Below are positions 49,537 through 61,500 of a stretch of DNA of 64,000 bases, in pieces. The notes below the pieces were generated by a model. The model saw only the letters and a program-made list of their open reading frames with translations. It did no database searches and had not been told where the DNA came from. The position numbers were made by a program, and so were the translations under genes. The stretch spans positions 1-64,000 of the IMG/VR virus record IMGVR_UViG_3300031951_000037; one strand, 5' to 3'. Each line of letters starts with the position of its first letter. Positions within the stretch are counted from its first letter, which is position 1. This DNA comes from a virus.

Positions 49537-52500
49537 ATGGCTAGAGTAAGAACATTAAATTTCCTTCCGGAAATATTTCAGACCCCCACTAACGCTGAAT
49601 TTTTAGCAGCGACCCTGGACCAAATTGTTAGTAATCCAGTAACAGCTAAAGTTCAAGGCTATGTTGGTAGTAGATTTGGACCGGGTATAAATGCGCTTGA
49701 TTATTATGTCACCGAGCCTACCAAAGTTCGCACAGACTATCAATTAGAACCCGGGGTAGTATTCACTAAGCCTGGTGAAAGCGTTGCACGAGACTTCATT
49801 ACATACCCTGGCATTGTTGACTCACTAAAAATCAGCGGTGCAGTAACTAATAATAATGATCGTTTGTTCCAAAGCCAGTTCTATTCATGGGATAGCTTTA
49901 CGAATCTAGACAAGCTTGTGAACTATCACGAGTACTACTGGATTCCAGCCGGTCCTCCTGCTGTTACAGTTTCTAACTCAGTAGTCTTTACAAACGAAGA
50001 TTATCTAGTAACTGATTTTGCTAATAATTACGAAATCTCAGAAGTAGGTTCTCAGATTGATTTAGGATCAAACCCAACACTATCTCTATTGCGTGGCGGC
50101 ACGTACACGTTTACGGTAAATCAAGATAGTCAGTTTTGGATTCAGACTGAACCTGGCACTAGCGGCTTTGAAGCAACTCAGCCCAATATTCCTACTAGAG
50201 AAGTGTTTGGTGTTTCAAACAACGGCGAGAATAATGGCACAGTAACGTTTGTTGTACCACAAAAGAATGCACAAGATCAATATATTTTCCCCGGCAACAA
50301 TGTTGTTGACGTAGTTTCTACATTACCATTCAGTCAGGTAAATGGTCAAAGACTCTATACTATCACTGATCCTGCAACCGGAATCACCTATCCCGGATTA
50401 CAAGAAATTGATGGTGTATCTGGGTTAAATGGATTGCGTGTAATGTTTTACGACACTGGCGCAGTCGATGAAATTGGATATATCTCATCTTACTATGATG
50501 AAACATTCTATGACGTAAACGATCCATTCTTTACTAACCCTGCAACAGTAGTTGTTGCTAGCACTAGCGCAGTCAATAATGCATTGACCGTAGATACAGG
50601 ATATTCAACTGGACCATTAATATTAAATCAGACTATTACAATTTCTGGGACTCCGATGGGAGGTCTTGTACCGGGTCAGGTATATTTTGTTAAAGAAATC
50701 TTGAGTTCAACAGAGTTTACTGTTTCAGAAAGCATTGAGGGTGCGACTGTAACATTGTCCACTCAGAGTGGCGTAGACATGGTCGTGAATATCAATCAGG
50801 GTCAGTTTGAGCAGGGCTTCTATTCTACAGTAAACGAGAACTTCTATAGAATTCAATTAGTAGGAGATCCTAACAATCCTGTACTAAGATTAATTCCAGA
50901 TGGATCTATCCCTAACAATCAAAACATCGTTCCTCAGTTTGGTGTTCAGTGGATTAATCGTCCATTCTATCGCAATACACTGGGAGTAATCTCACTAGTA
51001 CCTCAGATTACAGCGCCGAAAGATATTCTATACTATCAAGATGGTTCTAACCCCAACAAAGTTGGCATCTTGAAAATTATTGAAAATAATGGTAAAGATT
51101 ATCTAGATGTTGATACGGAAATTTTAGGTAAGATTAACTATACTTCTCCAAATGGTGTTGCATTTACAAATGGCTTAAAAGTTAGCTTTGACGGAAACGT
51201 GTTTCCTGTTAGCTATCGCCGCGGCGAATACTACGTAGAAGGTGTTGGCACCGGAATTGAATTAATTTCCGTAGAAGATTTAATTTGCCCTGAAGGATTT
51301 ACTATTGGTGACTATATACCTTGGGATTCTTTGGGCTTTGATATCGGTAACTATGACATTAATTTATTCTTGCCTATTGAACAAGATTATATCACTATTG
51401 CTAGAAACAGCATAAGCAGAAATGCATGGTCTAGAAGCAATCGTTGGTTCCATATTGATGTTATTAACGCTACTGCAAGCTATAATAAAAATCCTGCAAT
51501 ATTAACAGAGTTTGCAACACAGGAAAATAAAGCTAAAAGACCTATCATTGAGTTTTATCCAAACCTAAGATTGTATAACGGTGGCTCAGTAGGTAAAAGA
51601 GCAGTAGATTTCTTTGACACTAGAGAACCAGATGCACTCACTAACGTTGCTGGACTATACAATTATTATCCCGACGTTGAGACGTATACTACAAACACTG
51701 CGGTAGTTGCTCCTACCCCGACAACAATTGTTGCAGTAAGTGCAATGCTTGCCGGCGAGACTTATGTAGTTGACACTGCATTTGGCACTTTGCAGCCTGT
51801 TTGGAATACGCTTGCTGGCACTGAGGGCGTTACCTATGTTGACGGTGACGTAATTACTTGCCAGGTAGACGGCAGCACAATTGCTGTTCCTGGCACCGGT
51901 CTAGCAAGACTGTTGTATGATCAAACAACGATTGTTGTGCCACTAGACGAAGTTACCGGAACGTTCCAAATCGGGATGTACACTGGCGACACACTAAATC
52001 TAGTTCCCGTAAATTCACAAATTATTAACCTTTCAGATGACGGTACGGATCTAACAATAACAGTTAACTGGCCATATCCTCAGGATCTAGTAGGCGGAAC
52101 AACTAGCATCGTTGGCACTGATACTACAGCTAGCAACTACGCAGTATTCCCTGGTGCAAGAATCATTTTTGCAAATGATACGGATGCCGAAACAAGCACT
52201 ACCATTTATGTAGTAGATATCGTAGAATTAGCACCTGGTCAAGAACCGGAAATCGTATTAACTAGAGCAGAAGACGCTACCATTGAGATTGATGAGCAAA
52301 CTGCAATTTCTAGAGGATATAATTATCAGGGCAAGACATTCTATTATGATGGAATTGAATGGCTAGAAGCTCAGCAAAAAGTTACGGTAAATCAAGCTCC
52401 GTTATTTGATGTGTTTGATGACAACGGCATTTCTTTTGGCAACCCAGAAATCTATAACAGTACAACATTTAAGGGAAGCACAATATTTTCATACGGTATT

Positions 52501-55500
52501 AATCCATTAACCGTTGACGATCCTATTTTAGGCTTCCCAGTGCGCTTTAGCGACATTGGCAATATCGGTGACATTAGCTTTGACGTAACTCTTAACTCAG
52601 ATACATTTGACTATGTGCGTGGTTTTGAGTCTATCACTCAAAAAGTAAACACCGGTTATGTTCACAACACTACTACACGTACAGAATATCAGAGAGAGTT
52701 GGGTTGGCAAACAGCAGTTGCTCCTAGCACGCAGTATCAGATATTCAATTTCAATTATCAAATTGAAAACCCTACATTAGTTTATACGTGCGATGTTCAA
52801 GCATTGCCTGACTTATTACCAGACGAGCAGGGCTGGACTAGTGTTCAGGTATACTACAACAATGTTTATCAAGAGCCTAGCAATTATACAATAACCCGCT
52901 ACGACAATGCAACTAGTATTACATTGATCAATCCGCCCGAAGAAACTACGGTAGTACAAGTTTTGGTATTGAGTGATCAAGTAAGCAACAATGCTTACTA
53001 CATGACACCTATCAATCTAAACAACAACCCATTCAATGAAGACTTGACAGTTGCAGATTTAGGTGATATCAGAAATCAATACCAAGACATATTTGTAAAC
53101 GCACCCGGCACGACCGGCAATATCTTTGGTGTAAACAACTTTAGAGATTTAGGCAATCTAGTTCCATATGGAACTAAGATCATTCAAAACAGTGCAAGTC
53201 TTGCAATACCCGGTGCATTCCTGCGTAAGTCTAATCACGACTTGTTAAACGCATTGTTGTTCAACAGCCGCGAATACGTAAAGTATAAGCAATTGCTTGT
53301 AGATACTGTGCAAAATACTGATTATGTACAACGTTATACTCCTGCTGACATTCTAGACGATGCAATTGAGCAAATTTCTGCTAGCAGAAGTGAAACCAGC
53401 GCATTCTTCTGGTCAGACATGTTGCCTAACAAGAGTCCATTCAGAGTCAACACTTACAAGTTTAACAGTAACAATGATGTAACTAGATATCCATTGAGTC
53501 AAGTTTATAACTTTGAATCAGCAAATTATAATGGCGTACTAGTTTATCTTAACCGCACCGTTGACAACAACTTAGTGCAGAAGCAATTACTAAGAAATGT
53601 TGACTATACAATTAGCACTGATAGTCCCACATTAACTATCACATTAGATTTGGTACCTGGTGACAGCGTTGTAATTAAAGAATACAATCAGACGTACGGT
53701 TCATATGTTCCTTATACTCCAAGTAAGTTGGGGCTATATGCACTACACCAGCCTCAGGTAGTATTGGACAGCGACTATACTGTTCCAACATACTTCATTA
53801 AAGGTCACGATGGATCATATACGAAGTTGTATGGTGACTATATTCCTGAGCTAGATGTTCTTATTGACTTCAGAGACCAAGCATTGCTTGAGTTTGAAAA
53901 GAGAATCTACAATAACGTAAAACTAAGCACCGAAGTTCCTATCAAGTTCTATGATGTACTTCCCGGCTTCTTTAGAAATAGTGACTATAGCTACGATGAA
54001 TGGCTACAGATGTATTCTGTAAACTTCTTGAATTGGATTGGTCAGAACAGATTAGACTACAAGACTCAGTTCTATAACAGAAACAACGAATTCACATACA
54101 ACTATACCAACGCACAAAACAAGTTGGATGGCTCCCCTATTAAGCAGGGATATTGGAGAGGTCTATACGAATATCTATATGATACTACTACTCCTAACTT
54201 GACCCCTTGGGAAATGCTAGGGTTTGCTGATAAGCCTACGTGGTGGGAAGATCGTTATGGGCCGGCCCCATACACAAGCGACAACCTAGTATTGTGGGGA
54301 GACGTTGAAGCAGGTATCGTGTATTCAGAAGATGGCACGTTCACTGTTGTTCCTGAATTAGCAAGACCGGGAATCACTAATATCATTCCTGTTGACACAG
54401 CAGGTAATTTGCTCAGCCCATTATTCTCTGTTGTCGGTACTTATAATCCTAGCACTTTCCAGAAAGATTGGAGAGTTGGTGATGATGGTCCCGTTGAATT
54501 AAGCTATCGTCGTAGCTCAACATATCCGTTTGACGTAATAAAATTATTCGCATTAACCCGCCCGGCGGAGTTTTACAACTTAGCAGTTGACCTAGACAAC
54601 TACAAATTTAATGCCGAATTCAATCAGTATTTGGTAAACAATAGAACCCATTTGATTCCTAGCGACATTGAAGTGTATGGTAACGGCACTGCTAAAACTT
54701 CCTACATCAACTGGATTGTTGACTATGAAAAGCAATTAGGCATTGACTCAACCGCTAACATCACTAGCTTGCTTGATAACCTAGACGTTAGATTGATCTA
54801 TCGTTTGGCAGGATACAGTGACAAGACAATGCTTAAGTTCTATGTTGAGAAGGGTTCTCCCAATAGCAACAATGCAGCGTTATTAATTCCTGACGAGAGC
54901 TATTCAGTATTACTATATGACAACCAGCCATTTGACAAAATAACATTTTCTAGTGTTATTGTTCAACAAGATGTTGACGGCTATAAAGTATTTGGTAACT
55001 CTCAGAACATTGCTTACTTTACGACATACGCCCCGCTTAATAATGGCAATTACGAAGATATTACTGTAATCAACCAAAGAGTTAAAGTAAACAAAGATCA
55101 TTCAACTCAAGAAGTATTAGTTCCATATGGAACTAAGTTCTATAGCGCCCAAGAAGTAGCTCAGTTTATTATGAGCTATGCTGCATACCTAAATGATAAG
55201 GGTATGATTTTTGATAAGATTGAATCTGGCGTAGAGATTAACTGGAATCTTATGGTACAAGAGTTCTTGTACTGGACGCAAACTGGCTGGGATGTAGGTA
55301 GCATCATTACATTGAACCCATCCGCAACAGATTTAAATGTCAATAGAGACGGATACATTGTACAGCCACTGACATTGCAGCAGCAAAACTTCATTCTTAA
55401 TCAGGATCTATATCCGATTCAGCTTAACAACCTATGCGTAAATCGTGATGGGACTTCATTCAGAGTACACACATTGAACGAAGGTGATTCAATGTCTTAT

Positions 55501-58500
55501 GCTCAGTTCAATGTCAGCAACTTTGAGCATGGTATTGTGTTTGATAACACTACCTTGTTCAATGACGTTATCTACAACCTAACAACTGGTCTAAGACAGA
55601 ATAGAATTACTTTGCGCGGTATGAAGACCGCAGAGTGGAACGGTACAGTAGATACTTGGGGCTTTATTCTAAATCAAGACAACGTTCAAGAATGGGCCCG
55701 TGATATCAAGTATCCTAAGGGAATCATTGTAAAGTATAAGAACAAGTATTGGACTGCATTGAGACTCGTAGAACCATCAGCAGTATTCAATGAGCTTGAT
55801 TGGAAATTGGTAGACTACCAAGATATTCAAAAGGGACTGTTGCCAAATAGTGCAACCCGTTCATATGAAAGCACACTGTACTATAACTGCAACGAAACTA
55901 ATCTTGAACAAGATGCAGACTTGTTGTCCTTCTCATTGATTGGTTATCGTCCCCGTGATTACCTTGCTCTTGCAGACTTGACAGATGTAACGCAGATCAA
56001 CGTCTACAAGAACATGATTAAGAACAAGGGTACACGCAATGCTACTCAGGCATTTGATGGTGTAAATCTGCCGCAGGGCGGAATCCAGTACAACGTTTAT
56101 GAAAACTGGGCTATCAAGAACGGCGAATATGGCGGAGTACTAAATGATAACTTTGTTGAGTTCAGACTTGATCAAAGCGTATTGACCGGCAACCCGAGCA
56201 TTGTGTCACTTAATAACGGTGTGTATACTCCAGGGGCAATGCAGGAAGTTTCATTGTACGACCTATTCAATTATGGCGATAATGTTACCGATCCTAACAT
56301 ACTAGCCACTGTCAATACCGAAGCAACTGACATTACATATCCTAGCGCAGGTTATGCAAACTTTGATGACGTAAAAATGTCATCATTCTACTATGCAGGA
56401 TTGCCAAACGCCGTTGATAAGTCAGGTAAGGTAATCCCAATACAGAATTTCTATGTAAGAGACTACTTCTGGTTAGCAAACTTTAAAGAAAAGTGGGGCA
56501 TCTATACTTGGAATCCAATCGGACAGGTGGTTGCTGCAATCGGTAATGTAAACGGAACCACCACAATCCGATTCTCACAACCGCACAATTTAAAGAAATT
56601 AGATCCTATTGCGATTGTTAATTTCTCAACAACCGTTGATGGTTACTATTTGGTTTCCGATATCATTAACCTCAATGAAGTAATAATCAATTTAAATCTG
56701 CCAAATCTCAACAGCGGCAATGTATTGCAGGGACTTGGTGTAGGTTTGTTAGTAACTAATCAAAGAGTGAACAAGCCATCTGACATTGAATCTTTATCAC
56801 TGTTAGAAGCAGAGTTTACTAAGAATACAGTTTGGGTAGACGAGAACACTGATGGTAGCTGGGCAGTATATCGCAAGAATATCAACTATCAAAATACTGG
56901 CGAAATTTATGTTGACAATTCAACAACGTTTGGTTCAAGCGTAGCCTATACTGATATTGTGGGATACTTGATCGGTGATCCTGGCGCAGGCAAAGTACAC
57001 AGATTCTATTACAACGAGTCTACAAACGAGTATGATTTGGCCCAAGTAATTACCAAAACAAGTTCGTTTGGCTCTGCTATTGCACACGCAGGTAACACAT
57101 TTGTAATATCTCAACCCACCGGAACTCCAAAAGTCTTTGTGTATATTTGGAACGACACTACTGCAACTAACAACCTAATTCAGTATCAAGAAATTGCAGC
57201 GCCTGGCGGAGTAACTGATTGGGGAAGTAAGATTGCTATCTCAGGTGATCAGAATTGGATTTATATCTCTGATTATCTTAATACCAATGTATACGTATAC
57301 CGAAAAGATAACACAGAATTTACTGCTGGATATTTCACTGTAGGACAAACTTACACAATTACTAGTGTGGGAACAACTGACTTCACAACAATCGGTGCCC
57401 CGCAGAATAGTGTAGGCATTACATTCGTTGCTACGGGAATTGGTACCGGAACAGGTACTGCAACACGAGTGACATACCAAGAAGCAGCAGTGATTGATGG
57501 AAGTTTGCTAGGATTAACCAATAGTGATGGATTTGGCAAGTCAATCTCAACCAGCTACTATGGGGACAGAATATTCATCGGTGCACCAAACAAAGATCAC
57601 GCAAATGGCACGACCGATAATGGCGAACTATATTTCTATCAACGTTCTGTGCAGAACTTTGAAGCGCAGTATACTACAGTTCCTTACTTACCGCACACAT
57701 TCAATTTAGCATGGACACCCGATACCGCATCCGCAAATGTAACTGCAACAAACGGTACTACTGACAAGATTACCCTTTCTACTGTAAGTGGAATGAGTGT
57801 GAATGATGCCATTGTTTTTGTTGGCAGTGGTCTATCTGGTACAGGAATTGAAGAAAACAAAACCTATTACATTGAATCTATCGTGGGCAGCGATATCACC
57901 ATTAAAACTTCAAGATCATCAACTACTGTATTTGGTATTACTACAGTTGCTTCAGTAACCGGAGCTACTGCTTCAGCACAAACCACTCCGTTGTATGTTA
58001 CTGTCAATGGAACACTAGTCGCTGATAATAACTATGCAGTAAATGGCAGCAATCTAATTTACAGTGGATTCTTAAGAGCCGGCGATATTGTAAATGTCAG
58101 CGGTAATGAGTTCTTCATGGCGCAAGAATTCAATCCAGAAACTAACGATAGAATCAATATTCAGTTTGGCTATGCAGTAGATACTACGCAATCTTCTGGC
58201 GAGTTGTTAATTGGTAGCCCATTTGAAATCAATGAAGAAATCAAAGAAGGCAAGGTATATAGATATACTGATGCAGGCGCAAGATTTGGCATAGTATTTG
58301 GTACAGAAGAATGCAACGTTTTGGGTTCACGTACTATTTTGATTAACGGATTCGCAGTTAATTTAGCAGCGGGCAATGCCGAAGATACAGCTTCAGTAAT
58401 TAATGCGACTCAAGTGCCGAACGTTATTGCTTCTTCAACTAGTGATAACAAGTTAATCATTCAGGTGGCAGACCAGTCATTAGCTCAAATCAACAACAAA

Positions 58501-61500
58501 CTAGTAGTAACTGCGTTTGATGATACGACATTGGCAGAGTTGGGCATACAGTCATATAGCTTTACTCAGATTGTTACTTGCCCGCATCGTGAGGGTCCAA
58601 CTGAATTCGGTAAGTCAATCAAGTTTAACGAATTTGATTCTGTTGTTATCGGTGCCCCGGTTGGTGCTAATTTTGTAGGAACTACCTTTGACTTTACCGA
58701 TGACGAAAATCTAGATAATGACACTGTGTTTGATAATAATGCTACTAGATTTGTAGAGAGCTATGCAAACTCTGGTGCAGTATATATGTTTGATTTACTA
58801 TCAAACTACGAAGGAAATGCATTAAATCCTGGCGCATTTGTATATGCCCAGTCTGTGAACACTTCTACCTTAAACTTTGACTTCAATCCATATTATGGCT
58901 ATGCAGTTGACTTCAATAACAATACTGTTGTTGCAGGTGCGCCCAACATGCAAGGCACATTGATCACCGGCGGTCAAGCAACTGGATTTACTAATGCAAC
59001 TGGTGTCAGAGACTGGACTGAATATAGACAGTCAGCACCCATCGTTGACATTGAAAAAATTGAAAATACACAGATTTTCAGTGCATTGACAAACGATACT
59101 CTTGTAAACCTAGACTACATGGATCCATTACAGGGTAAGTTGTTAGGTGCAGTAAGACAGAACATTGATTATGTTTCTGGATCAGACCCGGCAAAATATA
59201 ATAGCAATAATTCAACCAACGGGTATGTTTGGGGAGCAGAGCAAGTAGGACAGATTTGGTTCAATACTAAATCAGTGCGTTTTGTAAACTATCACCAAAA
59301 CGATGTAGTATACAATAGCGAATATTGGGGCACTTTATTCCCTGGATCAGATGTTGCAGTTTACACTTGGGTAGCTAGCAACAATACTCCTGCTCAATAT
59401 TCTGGTCCGGGTGTTCCTTTTGACGTTACTCAATATTGTGTTGGAAGTACTCTTAATTCTTCTAACATTGTTACGCCGATATATTATTTCTGGGTCAGAA
59501 ACACCAACATCATTGACAAACATCGTGGGAAAACACTATCTGACAATATTATTGCTAGATACATCGCTAACCCAAGAAATTCTGGGATAGCTTATGTTGC
59601 ACCGTTGCTACCTAATACTTTTGCACTGTATAACTCAGAAGAATATTTTGACGGCAACAACTCTATCTTCCATATAGGATATGCAAACGGAACTGGATCA
59701 GATGTTTCACACTCTGAATACACATTAATTCGTGAAAACTATCCAGATGACTTCTTGCCTGGATTGCCTGCTGTAGCCGACGCTCCTACTACACTGCCAT
59801 TCCGAGTACTATACCCAGCAGCAGGCGTAGACGAGCCTAATTCACTATATGCTAGAATGCTAGACAGCTTAAGTGGCACTACAGCGCCCATAACAACACC
59901 CGACGGCACTATTGAAACCGGACAGGTTGTTCCTAATCCGTTCTTACCGAAAGCAGTTCAGTCAGGGGTTCTTGCAAGACCTAGACAGAGCTTCTTCTTT
60001 AATAGATTTACGGCTCTACAGAATTATCTTACCTATGCCAACGAAGTATTAATCCAGTATCCGATAGTAGAATTGAGACCTAACCTGTCATTCATTTTTG
60101 CGCAGGGTGAATTCTTTGATACTGCTAATTATTGGACTTATGTCAACTGGTGGCTACCAGGGTATAACAATAGCACTAGAGCGGCGTTGCAGGTTCCGAT
60201 TTATGCTGATTTGGCAGAATTGCGTGTAGCTCCGGGGACTATTGTTAAAGTAGAACAGAACGGTCAGGGTCTTTTTGAATTTTATAGATATGATGACAAT
60301 GGTGTTTGGTCTAGAATTGGTCTAGAAAACGGAACGATCCAATTCAATAGCTATCTTTGGGATTACGAAGCTGCTAAGCTAGGATACGGTGGTGACTTCT
60401 TTGACACTACGCCGTTTGATATCTATCCAAGTGAAGAAACCAGAAACATTGTTCGTGCATTGAACGAGCAAATTTACACCGGTGATTTACTAGAGCATAG
60501 AAATAAGAGCTTGGTATTACTATTTGAATATATCCAAAGCGAAACCATTGAATCGCAAAATTACTTACCATGGATTAACAAAACTTCATTGATGGATGTG
60601 TTCCACACTGTACGTGAACTAAAACCATACGAAGTGTTCAAGAGTGACAATGTTGCTTTCCTAGAAGGATACATCAATGAAGTCAAGCCTTATCACGTAG
60701 TCATTAAAGAATTCTTAGTAAAGTACACTGGAATTGAAGAATTTACCGGTGATATTACAGACTTTGATGTTCCGGCAACGTATAGCCCAACATATCAAGA
60801 GTATATTAGTCCGCAACTAGTTTATAGTGATCCTAATAATCGCTATGAATATGAATACGGTAATGATATTTGGGCCACTGCACCATACACACAGTGGTAT
60901 CAGAATTATGGATTGTCAATCACTGGCGAACCCAACTACAACATAACTACCCTAAAAACATATATGGATTTGGGAACTAGAACTATGATTGTAGACAACG
61001 CTAGTGGCTTCCCAGTTAACGGTGTAATCAGAATCGGAGACGAATCTATTGCATATAGTTATGTTGACCGCGACTTGAATTTGTTAGGTGGATTGTCAAG
61101 AGGGTTCAATCAAACTGTAGTTGCTCAACATATTCCCGGTGCAAATATCTTTATTGATCTTCCTGCTGTGGTAGTGTTAAACGAGGGTAGCGGCTATACA
61201 GATGTTCCTCAAGTAACAGCGTATATTGATACTGCGATTTATCCGGCACCCAGAAAAGAAGCTATTCTACAGGCAGTAATGAGTGGCGACCGCGTCTCTG
61301 CTGTTAACGTAATTGATCCGGGCGAGGGGTATGCAGTTCTTCCCGAAATCAGAATTTCTACTGCGTATAGCGTACTCTTTAGTGATGCTGATATTAACCC
61401 TGCATTGCACACCATAAATCTATATGCGCCTTCTTTCGTGACCGGCGACTTAGTAAAATTCACTCAGGGTTCAAACGGCGGCAAACCAAACTTCTTAGTT

